Source of the DNA: Tubulanus polymorphus
Lineage: Eukaryota; Animalia; Nemertea
Length of the DNA stretch: 64,000 nucleotides
Assembly: GCF_964204645.1 (NCBI RefSeq)
Contig: NC_134029.1
Coordinates: 9,822,850 to 9,886,849 of the forward strand
Reading direction: 5' to 3'
This document shows, piece after piece, positions 24,357 through 38,500 of the stretch; positions within the stretch are counted from its first letter, which is position 1, and each line of letters begins with the position of its first letter. A program made the translations under genes and the position numbers. Under the pieces are notes generated by a model, which was given only the letters and a program-made list of their open reading frames with translations, ran no database searches and had not been told where the DNA came from.

Positions 24357-26415
24357 AGGACAATGTCCTAAGATTACCTCGTGCGCCGGGTGCATTGGTC
24401 ATTTTTGCTATCTGGAAAGTTCCCCATTGCGAATGCATCAGTTCATGTCAACCGTTCAACGGACAAAATATGTGATATGTGTCACAATAGTATTTAGTAA
24501 CACAACCTACAACTTACCCTGGCGTTTAGTACAACGCAAAACGCCAGGGCCAAGAATCTGATCTTATTCGCCACTCCGCTAATTAGCATTAAGTTAAGCA
24601 ACGTTTTCTCTCCTCGAGTCTTAATTGTCTTCCTTCGCCTGCCTGCCTCGCAAAGCACTAATTACTCACTCAACTAACTCAAAGATTTACTCAGTCTATC
24701 AACTTGTTCTTCCCTGTATCTGCGTATACCCCTCGCTTTTTTAAGCGAAAGTAAGACGTTTTCCTATCTTTTAATGTAACATTTTTATGAAAATGAATTT
24801 CAAAAATCAATTTTTCCTTGCTTGTTTTGGTGCGGTCGCCAAAAATGAAAAATCAATTTCGACAGTTTGACAAAGTTTGACGTGGTTATTAGTACTACTT
24901 TAGCGTTTAGTCGCTCTCATTTTGAAATCAGGAATTCTAAAATAGGCCTACGGGTGAATGAGCCATACATTACTATTCACTTGAAATTTCTAAAGATATT
25001 CTTCGGATTATAAGTTTTGACCCAAATATCTAAATCGTTCCGAAAAACTCTGTGAATAGGTAACTGTTTGCGTCCAATTGATTCATTACGTATATCCAAT
25101 CGATAAATTTCTTATATATACATTCCTCCTATAGTGCATAGATCTTTACTGCAATTCTCGATAAAAGGAATAACGAGACCATGTTCCTACTGTAAACTGA
25201 TATTCTTTCTGTTGTTTGTGGTGGTATAACTAAATTTTGTTATGTTCAGGTTATGTTTTACATTCGAATGATGAGTATCTGAGTGTGGCCCTTGCCTTCC
25301 CATCTTGGTTACCTTTTCTGTCAAGAGGTGATTGTCAGTCTGTCAGTCTGTATTTTATCGTATCCTCTGAGTGATTTAAGTTTATATATCCTCACAACGT
25401 GAGATCTCTCGCACGTGGCCTTTGGTAGTTCATCCGAGGTTTGCCCTTCCTTTTTTCGAACTGTGCCTCCCGATCGCCCTCGATCCATGACCATTAAACG
25501 CAACGCACTATTGAACGTTGTCGGGTGTGTTTTGAACCAAGTTGAGATTTCGAGATGATATCTTCATTGCTTTGGTTCCACTGTCCTCACGTTCATTGGT
25601 CAATGTAGTGGCATTGTGCTTATTCTTTAGTTTTTTTTCCCAATCTAATTTGAGTAAACCTTCATGTAATCAGTTTACTTGAACTTTATCTGTTGAAATA
25701 ACCCACGGAACTCCAATTTAACCATTCTGGCATCACCGTTACATATCAACATTTTTAGTACATTAGGAATTGTATTTATTTTCTTTTTCTGGTCAATCTT
25801 TCAGTGCAGTTGTGCATATTTCAATTCTGCTAACTGGGGCCCCTTCTTTCTCGGTGGCCTTTTTTGTCAAGTCAGTGATCGTCAAAACCTGCTAATATGA
25901 CAGTCAGCCTCTTAGATTTTTTTCGTATTTAGTTTTTCAAATAATCAATATACCGTCGTCGGAACCTGCTTACAGCCTCCGTAGTGGCTCATCCGACGAA
26001 TGCCTTTCATTTCTTGTAAATCCTCATCTTCCCATTTTCCTAGATTCTACACTCATCGGACCAAATAATGCTGTAGATATCGAAATGTATCGACCTTTCT
26101 TTTATCTAGTAACTGCTGTGCGATAGGTTTACCTCTGCCATTTAGATATATACAATGACAGAGATAAGGAATGAGACTGACGGACTAAAATAGTTTATGT
26201 CAACTGGAATTACGGTTCTGTATGTGTAGGTAAATAACCATATTCCCTCGCATGTTATGTCTTATCATCTGTAGGACCGCCGTGTGGACTTTGCCCCAAG
26301 CATCGGAACTCGTCACAATTACTGTGTGAGCATATGAACAATCATATCGTCATAGCTTTACCATATCGCACACCGTTTTTATGTTTCGAGTTTCCTGCAA
26401 TCGTTGTTGCTTACA

Positions 26416-26967
26416 ATGATGAATGAAGGATTTGATCCCGGCGATGATACCGTCGTCACCACGACGGAGAACCGGCAAAATGTAAGTGACGTAGAGAAGA
26501 GACCGCACACCCCGAGTTTCACGGTTGACGGAAAGCCAGTTGACGGAGTCGACATCGGAGACGTCGTCGTCGATATACACAATCGAGATCCGAACGATAT
26601 CAATTCACATTTAAAAATCGAATTTGAAGAGATTTTCGCAGAGTCGAGACTGAGCACGTATAGTTTCGACAGTGTTTGGTCATTGAGCATCAAGTTATTC
26701 ACATGTTCAAAATTATGGTGTTACAGGATAACGACGTGCATTTTTGTGCTCCCTCTGGTGATTTTGTGGGGAATATATTTCGCTTGCGTGGCGTTCTGTA
26801 CGACGTGGTGTTACCAACCGTGTTTGAAGGCGTACGATCTCAACCTGTTCTGCTTAAAACAATTGTATAAGAAGCTATTGGAAGTGTTTTACGGACCGTG
26901 TTGCGAAATGACAGGTCGTCTATTTTCGAACATCAAAATTACAACTAACACGAACCAAACGAACTAA
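26416..26967 (+). CDS. cav: Caveolin, intronless CDS of about 183 aa
   Basis: NRDPNDINSHLKIEFEEIFAES matches the caveolin FEDVIAEP signature. It is followed by SFDSVW, the scaffolding-like segment SKLWCYR, a hydrophobic hairpin, a Cys-rich region and GRLFSNIKI. Confidence 0.95.
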   Translation: MMNEGFDPGDDTVVTTTENRQNVSDVEKRPHTPSFTVDGKPVDGVDIGDVVVDIHNRDPNDINSHLKIEFEEIFAESRLSTYSFDSVWSLSIKLFTCSKLWCYRITTCIFVLPLVILWGIYFACVAFCTTWCYQPCLKAYDLNLFCLKQLYKKLLEVFYGPCCEMTGRLFSNIKITTNTNQTN

Positions 26968-27334
26968 CTATTTGGGATAGAAAATGGCGGTGTAACAATA
27001 TTCTGGCATTCGATTTTCATTGAGGAGCTGAAATAGCTTTGAGATAAGATGATACAGTGACAGACAGTGAAAATGTCCTTGAATAACTATCAGATGCAAA
27101 GTCTCACAAAGTTCTGTTCGAAAATTCAGAAGATAATCGTGTTTATTTCTAACGAAAAATGATTTTCAAAATAGTTTTTTTGAAGGTATCTTCGGTGGCT
27201 GATAAGAACCATACGATTAATTTGTTTGCGCTAAAACGAATATCGTTTTCTGAAGGCTATGAGGGGTTCGGTGTTGGGTCTAATTAATCATATGGCCCTT
27301 TTCATCCCTCGTAGCTATTTGATCGTCAGATTCG

Positions 27335-30300
27335 TCAAACGGTTTTATCTTGAGGAACAACCATCAAAAACTTTTGTAGAAAACGTGTTACTTGACCTGA
27401 AAATGATGGTTTCGCTATTCATTAGTAAATCATTGTGAATGTAAAATATTGGCACATTGATCATTTTTTCATCATCATTTTTCTTAATGACGAAAGAAAG
27501 AGTTGAGCTATACTTCTAAACGACGCCAACTGAGATAAGAGTATTGCAGTCAACCACATTCATTAAGCCGTTTCGATACTTTAAGTCGATTATAATTATT
27601 AACTAGTTGGTTTAATGTGGATTTAATGAATTGAATGTTTGCGGGGTTCTACACTAACAATTGATACTTGAAAATGTTACTGTTTTGTTATTCTACTGGA
27701 GACATGATGGGAAATAAATTCAACCGTTTGTTGAGATGGAGCAACAAACTTTGAATTGCGGCATTGCCAGAACGAGACAATTTGTTCCGTTCGTTTTCCG
27801 AAATTATTATGAAATTTTGAACAGCAAATCAAATATATTTGTAACGACTTTGGATACCTCGCTGGAGCCAATAGATTGCATTGGCGAGTCAATTATTCCT
27901 AAAATTATTGACATGAAGCGTTAAATGTTCATAGTTACGCAGTGCCTTTACATACCTCAGGTGACTGGGCATGTCCGATGAAAACATATCATATTGAATA
28001 TCTGGTTATAACACTTTCGGTTATTACTAACAAAATCAAGGTTGCTACATAAACGAATTAAATTTTCAAACATCTATTTGGTAGAGGTGTTATATGAATA
28101 TGATAGGGGAAATGCATTGCCAAATTGGTATAGGAGTGATGATAAAGTGGAAAGCAAGAGAGACCCCTAAACTCACTAATGATAAGTTTAGAATATGACT
28201 GGAATCTAGGTTTAGCCTGATAGGGCGGGGGACGTTTTCGAACTAAAAGGGTTGTACGGAGGAAACAAAGGGTAGAAATAGTTGATATTAATAGACTTAT
28301 AAAGTCGAAACGTTAACTTAATGAGTTGACTTCGATTGGCAAAAATGCATTTCACTGATCGCGATGTTCTTTCATACTTACTTGATGTTTTCATTAATGA
28401 AGTAGGTTTATTTTTCCAGGAAACGAAAATCCAATGTAATGGAATTGTTGAAGCCATGAAAGCCAGACAAATTCCACTGTCGACTGGTTTTTGATAAACG
28501 GTCAATATCATTATAGCGATACTCCACAGAAACAGAATTATCGGTAAAATAATGGGCATCTGGAAATAAAGTTGAAATGAAAAAGGTAACAAGTAGCAAC
28601 GTGTCTGATAGGACCCGTTTCCCATTTGACCTATTTTTTCGTAAAACGTTAGATGACGTATGCTATGGGGGTAATACAAGATCATTGATCGAATCGCCTT
28701 TGAAATTATCAGCGAAAACTTCACACGCGATCCCACACCTACGCATCTTCCCCTCTTATGCACTTAATCTCGGGGAACACCTACACCGCAAATGTAGGCC
28801 ACTCAATTTCTCAATGGTTTTTTATCGTTGTCGCGATGGAATTGATCGTCTATTAGCTAATGGTTTACCGGTAACGATAACTATGAAATACGGTGCTGAT
28901 TCGAGTCATCCCGAATTTTTTCGAGTTCGAGTACAAAAGCTATGAAAGCAAATTTCATAGTGAGAAAAACAATTATCACCACAAGAAATAGATAATTTGT
29001 TTTCTCACCCTAGATATTTTTTTCCCTCATTGATATTTTGGCAGGGTCGAGAAAACAAATATTTAGCGTGAGAAAACAAATGTCGATAAAGAAAAATGAA
29101 TAATTTGTTTTCTCGCGCTAATGATCTTTTTCTCGCCCTAAGGTTTTTTCTGTGAGGTCACGAAAACGAACGTTTGTTTTCTTACTATGAAATTTGTTTT
29201 CTTGCAACCAAATTGTCTCACGGTTTCTGGATTCGAAACGATCCAGCCACCTATTGCTTATATATACAAACTTTAATCGGCCGTGGCATCATTGGCCGTT
29301 TCCATCTTAGGTACAATTGCGAAGCGAGGCACAAGGCTACGATGGCAGCAAATCCAAATCCCATAAGTTCCAGCAAGTAGAATATATCCCCTACAGCTAA
29401 CATTATCATCGTGAGTATTGCCTATAATTGAAAGTATTGCCTAAACATAATTTACACGGCTTTAGACCGAAGGCGAATATTTTTTATTGGCAAGCACTGA
29501 CGGCTACATAGTGAAGGATAAATAGACACATTTTTCTATGAATCCGGAAAAGACAAAAAGAGAACACTATAGATAAAATCGGTCGGTCATCACAAAACCG
29601 GACTATGCTCATTGAATATTCACAGAATCAATTATTTTTGGATCAATTCGAAAGCCTTCTGTGGATAATGTTTTAGAGATAAATAAATGAATAACTTATG
29701 CCGAGTTTTTCTCAAGATGAATGCCTTTTCATATTTTGAATTGAGTTATTGTACGACTTATTATGTCAACATAAAATCCAATGTTTTTCATCTCATTTAA
29801 CGCTATATTCACTGCTTTTCAGGGGACGTATTCATTAATAATAGCTTTTTAATTTTGTCTTTTTATCATTTCATATCTATATATCATCTCAATTCAAATG
29901 CATGTATGTTTGAATTAGGGTAAACATTTTTTCAAAAGTTGGAACAAATCTTTCGTTTTAACGCAACGTCAAAACTTTTTTCGTTTTGATATCTCGTCAT
30001 TCCCGTTTTCACGCCACATTCGAACATATTTCTTAAAATAGTTTTTAATGACCACCGAGCAAAAAGTCGTACTAATTCAAAAATGAATTCATGCGAGAAA
30101 ATAACTTGAAACCATTTTTTCTAAAATGATGTACGTTTCCGTAGATAAATAGAACCTATTACAACAATAAGAAATACAAGGTAATACAGTGGCCAGTCCA
30201 TACAGGGCTAACTGAAAAATGGCACTGATTCTTCTTTTATTGCAATATTGATCCTCTATGCGCTAGTATACAATTTTGTCGGCACATGGTTTTCTGCAAA

Positions 30301-33235
30301 CTCGAAATCAAGTGTGATACAGCACGAAAGACTTACCATAGTAACCAGTGAAGGTACGGGTGTGTATCGAGTCACGTGTATCATTGACAGAAGCTCGGGC
30401 AACTGACCTTCTTCGCCGCCAATAAAGAAGACTCTAAAGGTATAAAAAAAAATTGAATATGCTGAATGAAATTATGAAACGTACCATGCATGACTAGTTG
30501 GAAGACTTAACGTGTTCATTAGATGATTCGTGAAATTTTACGGATATGTTGACGTTTTCGCTATGAAAAATGAACATAATACGGAGTACTAATTTTCGGG
30601 GAGGGGCGGTAACTAAGCAGTAAACTACCTCGAAAAGGCCAGGGTACCGCCATTCATTGCTCCGATAATTGATGCAGCGACAAATAATGGCATTACCCAT
30701 GACATCGGTCCCAGTGTGTGTTCAGCAAAACTCTAGAATGGATATTTTACTTAATAATTTTACTTCCGTTTATACGTTACAAAAATGTTTATCGGTGAGT
30801 ATAACGACATAATTTCAAATTATATCCGAAATGAGAGAGCAACTGTTAGAACATTTTATGAACATTTTAATGCAGTAACGATACATAAAGATCGCCTTTA
30901 TGCGTACTGTTACCTATATATTCATGCTGTCATATTGCCATAATCCATGCAAATGACTGATAAATGGTTTGGGAATTTTTCAGTCCTCGTTTATTTATGG
31001 TCAGCGGACAAGAGAACATAGATAGTATTCCCGACGGTGATCGAATCATTTTTATATAGATGAATGATTTTGATGGAATTAACAAAAGAAACGGTCGAGT
31101 TGAGTGTTTTATTTTGTTATTCTTACCACGGCAACTGCAGGTGATTGTAACATCTCATCTGTAGATAAAACTGTCATATACGCCACATTAGCCATAATGT
31201 AGACGACAGTCACTAGCGATATCGATATGATTATAGCTCGCGGTAAATTCCTGCCAAGCACAAAAACATTTCTATCGTCATTAGAAGCAATCAATGAGTG
31301 GTGACTCAATATCTTTTACACTAGTTTTTGCAACTGGCGCTAGGTCGGTGCCCTCTTTGAGTTTTCTCCCGCCATTCAGTAACGATTTCCTCTTTTGAGT
31401 CTACTCAAATGACTGACTTTTAGCATCAAGACCCATTCGGCTGAATCAATCTTGTTGAAAAGTGAGCGGCAGTTAGAAAAAAACTTACTTCTGAGGATCT
31501 TTCAGCTCATCTACCAAGAAGTTCAGATAATGCCTGCATTAAAAGGTATTCGTTAATCGGTTAATCTATCGGATCAATGGGGTGGATTAATTAACGTTTC
31601 ACTAGGAAGAGCTTCAAATTACCATCCGCCGAATGCCCAATATCCCGAATAAAAAGCCATTGCCAGCGAACCAGCCCTATAATCGCTGCCTTCGAACGGT
31701 TGTTTTAGATTATGTGTTTTTCCTGGAATTAGATGAACTACAATTACGTGTTATATCCTTCGAACCACGAACGTCTCTCAATCACGACACGAGGGACACT
31801 CACCTAGTCCGATCCAGACTAAACCTATGATGATTATACCGAACAGGGCTATCAGTTTACATGCGGTAAACACTACTTGTACCTGCGCCGCCCATTTTAC
31901 ATTTCGACAATTCACAGCTGTCAACAGTACTGATAGAAAAACAAACTGAAGTATGCAATGTGACATGCAGAGAAAATATCCCTGCTTAACATTTTTTTCT
32001 AATCAAATGGATGCTATTTCAATTGTTTTCATAAATCTCTGTATACCCCATGATATCAGAACGAGTTACATTATTAAATGCCTCTGACGTTGATTCTAAG
32101 AGACAAAATAATTTCATAGAACAAAATATACCAGATGGCGACAGTATGCCCTGATGCAAACCGCCGTATGTCGTTGAGGACTAATTAGGGGATATCAAAC
32201 GATTGAGGTTAACTTAAAAATTTAAGTGATGGACAAAACATTATTCAATAGATGCAGAATGAAAGGGATTTGGCGGGATTTCACCCAATTTTAGTTTAAG
32301 ATTGCATCTATTTGGTCTTGACAGAATGAGAATCTAATTTTAACTCTTTTAACACAGCCCTCACATCTTCCTCTTTTAACACTCTCCAGTTTAAACATAC
32401 CCAGTTGTTTAAAGCCAGTTTTTAGTCAGATCCAGTTGCACATTTGCTGGTTAGAGTGGACCCCGAGATAAAGTTTACTTTCACTGAGCTAACCCTGAAT
32501 CAAACATTAACTCAGAGCCGTGAAACTGGATCCTGTTAATCTTTCAATTAAGCCTTTGCTGCCTGGATTTTAAGTCGTATCAAATGAACCCAAAACTACT
32601 GAGACTTTTTGTTGTTGTGATGTTCAAATACCATGCTTAGTTAGATGCACTCCAAAATACCATATAGAAAAGATGACGTGCCATGTTCGACCTCAACCGA
32701 CAAATTTTTGTTTCATTTCATTTCCTCAGTGAAATCTTCAATTCTACTTACAGAATACGGACGCTCCAAGAAGTTTGATTGCTAAATTCGGCGGGTCACA
32801 GGTATCATACAATGGACGGAGGATATAGGTGCCGAGCGTCAGCGAAGACACCGACACAGGCGTCGGAGATATGATTATCAGATTCAGTAACAGAGATGTA
32901 AATGCAGGAATGCGGCCTAACCCTTCCATGATGTAAACATACTCGCCTCCAGAGCGGGAAATAGTTGTGCCCAACTCAGCGAAGCACAGAGCGCTCAGTA
33001 TGCTAGCTACTCCAGAAAGAGTCCAAATGATTAGTGATAATCCGACGGATCCGGATCGTTGTAGAACCCCGACTGGGGTTACAAATATTCCACTACCTAT
33101 GATAATTCCAGTTATAATGGCTACTCCGTGTAATAGAGTCAGATTTCGCTGCATTTTCACCTCAGTTGAGGTTTTCTTATTGTCCTCTTGTTCATCATTT
33201 GCATTCGTACTACTTTCATCGGGTGTAGGAACCAT
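27335..33235 (-). CDS. SLC7 L-type/heteromeric amino acid transporter light chain, copy A. Exons 32752-33235, 31804-31929, 31623-31722, 31489-31533, 31127-31250, 30629-30732, 30337-30433, 29272-29421, 28382-28559, 27335-27396
   Basis: Frame-consistent GT-AG exons giving [27 protein letters not shown] (heavy-chain Cys), [38 protein letters not shown] and PRPIK. The frame is also open upstream of 33235, so the N-terminus may be longer. Confidence 0.95.
28947..29200. repeat. Degenerate inverted-repeat element with internal gagaaaacaaat motifs in an SLC7-A intron
   Basis: caaatttcatagtgagaaaa pairs with ttttcttactatgaaatttg; gaaaacaaat and atttgttttc recur. Confidence 0.55.
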
Positions 33236-35585
33236 GTTAACGCTTAAATTGTGGCCGTTATTCTCTTTAGTTGGTAATTTTGGGGTATGTGTTTTATCTA
33301 AAAATCTAAAAACAACTTACAATAAGACTAAAATGGAAAATCAATATGAACAAATTTGTGTAACATGAATATTCAGGAACTCGATATTTGATATTGTTTA
33401 TAGGGATCAAGCACGACGGAGTAAATCTTGGTTGACTGTTTCAGCTTGTATTTTGGTTCCTTCGCGTCGTTGCATTTTAATCATGCTGATTATACAATAG
33501 ATATTTCTTATAGAATAAATCTGAGATCTGTTGAAATTCAAATGCAGAGGTTATAGCGTAGGCTAGTTAAAACGTTCAAACATTTTGATACGCATGATTA
33601 TTAGTATTACAACGATCGCCCAGTATAAAATTCAATGGAAGAAAATATCACCTATCACGGTGGTATTCAGGAAATACTATGATTAAATCCATCGAGCATA
33701 TTAAACAGTGTAAAGAACCATTAATTCTAAATGAATATTACACGTATGTCTTTTGTTTGCCGAACGAGGCTTTATTATGGACTAACTATAAATCAAGAAG
33801 AAGATAAATTTTGAAATCAAGTATGCAAAGGTCAAACATAATATGTAGTATTCATCCAAAATTTCCTGCGACCGAAAATACTTTACTCACGTCATATCTG
33901 AAGGGGATTACGCGACCGTGTTGTTGATTCCGGTAGTGTAACAGTAAGTCTATAAAGCGGCTTTCTGATCTAAGTTGAGGGCTGATGAAATGGACTGGCA
34001 CGTTCTCCCGTCGTGTACAAAATAAATGCAATACGTCAAGAAAACATGCACAACTATAGCCATTAAGAACTGACTGCATGGACCCTAATGTTCGTACGAG
34101 TAAATTTATCACGCCACATCTGTAAAGGAATACACACTATATACAAAGCCACGACGTATAGAACTCATAATAACAATATATGACGAATTATCCTTGTCTT
34201 GCATCATACCGTTTCTGTTTATTTTGCTTTTTTTCAGAAAAGGATAGGCCACTCAGCAATATGCGTTTTTGTAGAAAACGTCTTCTTTTTTTATCCGTTG
34301 TAAAAGCAATGTGACATTGCCACGGTCGCAGTAATGCTGCATACGTCAAAATGTCGTCGAATAAAGAAGACCACACACGCGATGAAGTATGGTTGTGACA
34401 AAGTGAGTTTGTAACTGAAAAATTACCTTATATTTTACATTATTCCTATTTTTACGGATAAAAAGTCAGTGATATAAAAGAATTTGCTCTCATAATAATT
34501 CGAAGCTTTGGAGATGATGGATGAATGGGATAGTGGGTAGAAATTCCCCACCTTTGAATGGAGTGCAAATAGATACAATCTTAAGGTCAGTTTTTTTAAC
34601 GGTACGTATATTCAATTTATTTATATCTTACTGTGCGCTTTTTCATGAATATCAAGAGCATAAAAGTTATTGTACAATTTGAATTAAAAAGAACTACAAA
34701 TTAAATGTTAATTTATAAATATCGCACGGTTTAATATATCACAAGACTGTAAAAGGTTTTACGCACAGTTCAAATAATTATATTACAACTTGAATTTTGA
34801 AAATATCTAAAATTAGAAGTTCATTCGTTCTTTTGAATTCATGTTAGCAAAAAGCCACAGACACACGAAAATGATAATTTGGAGAAATATCTTGCTTCGA
34901 AGTGTTCTTTAGAAATCGCCTGGGAGTTTTACCTCTTAGAAGAATTGGGGATTTTCATCGACTCACAACCTACAGTAAAAACGCCCGAACTTAAGCGATC
35001 CTGCGCACGACGAGGAACTAGTGAATCCTACATCAAGATCCACAGTGGGTACACAGGAGATCACTGCATGTGGAAACAACCACTTCCAGGACTAGATGAA
35101 GCGTACCCCAGCCAATTCCTTGCGGAATGCTTCGGGCTTTACAGGTACCACCAACTCGGTGAATTTTGAAGAGGGGCCTTTTTTGAAAAATTCCGATATC
35201 CTTGATTTTTTACTGCGTATGTATAACTGTGGTCAAGTATTTACGGTTCATTTATTATCTACAATAAGTAAGGCTGAGTGCCATTTTGATCAACGATGCA
35301 AGAATAATGTTCACCGAAAGCTATAATTCATTATTTGACATAGACGTCTGGCTCTACGGCAGAAAATGTGTATCTACACAAGTAAAATGTCACGAATTTT
35401 CAAATGTAAGCTTTTATTCTTATACGAACACGGGACACACAAATGACGCGTGAACAACAGTTTGTCTCAACTACAGATGCGTGTAATCGATTCGATAGCT
35501 CGGCACAGTCGCATCTTTGTACAACACTGCCAATTGAACGTCTGCTACGTGAAGGTTGTAATTGACACCTGTGCAACCTTCACCA

Positions 35586-38500
35586 TCAGTCGGTTTTATC
35601 TTGAGGGACGACCATCATAAACTTTTGTAGAAAACGTGTCACCTCACCTGAAAGTACATAAAAGCGAGCCATTGAATCAGCTATTCATTTGTAGTTAGCA
35701 GCCTGCGTACATGTACGAGTATATATTACAGAAATTCGAACCTGTACAACAATTTTGCCAAACAAAAACGAAGACTGGTATTCTATTCTACATTGTGTAT
35801 GTACATGTTTATTGCTTCGAAACCGTAAAAAATATTGTGTTTGGCTTATTTCGATGTTCTGATACGCTCCTGGATCCAGTATGTCAGGGTTTCGCCTAAT
35901 CTTCCTGGGATCGCGCAAAACCCGAACGGGTTATTCGCACCAGTTGCTGTTAGTTCTGTTATGGGACCGAGATCAAATTCCAAATGGGAAAAGAGGTTCA
36001 CATCAGGCTTTCTTGTTCGGGCGTGATACTTACGTGTGGTATTTGTGAATGAAGCTGGCTTCTTTTGCCAAGAAACAAAAATCCAATGTAAAGGAATCAT
36101 CGAAGCCATGAAAGCCAGACAAATTCCACTGTCGACTGGTTTTTGGTAAACGGTCAATATCATTATAGCGATACTCCACAGAAACAAGGCTATCGGTAAA
36201 AGTATGGGCATCTACAAAATACATATTCAGTTAATTGGCGAGTAGGACTAAATACACTTGAATAAACAGGAATCCGTTGAAGGGTTACTGGAATTAAAGT
36301 AAACTGTAGAATTTTATTATCGCCATTTTTTCATTTCAAATTTTGTGAAAACTATCATTGGCGACATTTTTTTCCGGTGGCATTATTTCCTACAATCCAT
36401 TTTTATGTGCTTAGCATTTAAAAATTCTATCTTGATGACGTTCTCATTTGGATATATTTACTCTAATCGCTCGTGGCATTTCTGGATGTTTCCATCTAAG
36501 GTACAGCAAAGATGCCAGGGTCATCGCAAATATCGCCGAGAATCCGAATCCCATCAATTCCAGTAGGTAGAATATATCTCCAATAGTTAACATGATCACG
36601 GTCAGGATCGCCTAAACGAAATAATGAAGCGTTGGTGAGAAGTTGTCTTACGGTCGTTTTGTAACGTAAATGTTGAATATACTTGACCATTATAACTAGT
36701 GAAGGTACGGGTGTGTATCGGGTTACGTGTATCATTGACAGAAGCTCTGGTAACTGACCCTCCTCGCCACCGATGAAAAATACTCTTAAATGAATGAACA
36801 CAGTCCTAATTAACGATCTGATAGTTCGTCACCTTTAAATCTCAGTGTAAGGTCAGAAATGATATTCATTTGTCCGCAAGGGCACCAGTTCGTCATCTAT
36901 CGACCCAGCAACTTTTTTCTTGCAGATGTCCATTATACACAAACATATATACAAACAATACCAAAATTCAAGGAAACTGGTCGAACTTCAAGTGTCTTCG
37001 ATTCCATGACCGTTTCGAAAATACCCAAAAGCGCCGATTGGCTACGGTACAGGTGGCTGCCGGTCGGCTATCTTGATTTTGATTGGCCTTATTCTTAAGC
37101 AGGAGATATGCCTAGTACAGAATCATGCATGCACTATCAAGTTATTCCCAAAAACCCGATTCGGTCGATAAACTAATAAACGAGGCGACATACAAGTTGA
37201 CGCAGTTGCTCTAAGTGGGTTATCATTTGCATTCTCATGGAGCGTACCTTGATATAGCTAGGGTTCCGCCGTTCATCGCCCCAACGATGGATGAAGCCAC
37301 AAAGAGGGGCATTATCCAAGACACTGGTCCAAGCGTCCGTTCGGCAAAACTCTACAAGAGACAAGACACTTTTGAGCTAAGGCATGGCTGTTATGTAAGC
37401 TAGTACTGGCAATTTTTAACACAAAATATTTGTCAAACTGGCAGAGGTGGATAAGAATCACTTCTTTATGTTATCACTTACCACATTGGGGTCAGTTTCA
37501 AAGAAGGGTTGGGCCTTCATCGTTCCAGAGTCTGATATGCGTGGACCCCATAATTGGTATCTACGTTACAAATGCGTCTGACATCCCAGAAGAGAGGATT
37601 GGGAGGAATGCCCCCACGGATATTTTCCACGGAGTTTAGATTATTTCCCGACCAATTAGTTTAAAAGTAACAAAAATCCAAAATCAAACACCAGACTGTG
37701 CGGGACAATCGATGATGGGAAAATATCGTCAGAAAATGTACTCAGACAAAATGTTGTGGAACTCAGGATATGGCGCCTGAAATGGGCAAATTTGTCTCAG
37801 AAAAAGTTACGTTTTTTGAAAAAAGTGGTTTATGAACTGACGGGTGGTTGGATCCTCCCGAACGCCCCCTAGATCCGCCCTGCGAGGACTCTGATTCCAT
37901 TTTTATTGACATTTCACGTATGATTGAAATTCCGTAGACTACGTACATTATCTGGGTCACTACTGCATAGTTTAAACTTAAGAACTAGTTATGTTTTGCG
38001 TGATAATCTCTTATCTATGACTATTGTATAGATACATATTTTGGATACTAACATATCATAAATAAATAACATACTTAACGTAAATATACTCATAAAAGTA
38101 ACGGGAATGAATTTTATTTACCACGGCAACTGCAGGTGATTGTAAAATCTCATCTGTAGATAAAACTGTCATATACGCCACATTAGCCATAATGTAGACG
38201 ACAGTCACTAGCGATATCGATATGATTATAGCTCGCGGTAAATTCCTGCAATAAATAAGCGATGAAATTTTTACGGATGATTTTGTCGCATTAGGCGGGG
38301 TGATAATCTTCGTAACATGAAACTCAGCTTGCCTTTCTGGATCTTTCAATTCATCCACTAGAAAATTTAGATAATTCCTACAATATGAAAAACATGGTAA
38401 ATAACACAACTGAAACATATTGATGATTATGGAGGTAAATATCGTCATTTATTCTGAATGTAGTTTTCAAGAAAGGCAAATGCCGATACGGGTGCCCCGA

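Noticed and set aside
24950-25900. Possible decayed minus-strand LINE endonuclease (RGRSGG and VIPP-like fragments)
   Set aside because: Too degenerate to support without an alignment.
26379-26702. Minus-strand ORFs overlapping caveolin
   Set aside because: Antisense shadows of the caveolin CDS.
27335-27350. C-terminal DKTV of SLC7-A as a PDZ ligand
   Set aside because: Position -2 is Lys, so it does not fit class I or class II consensus.
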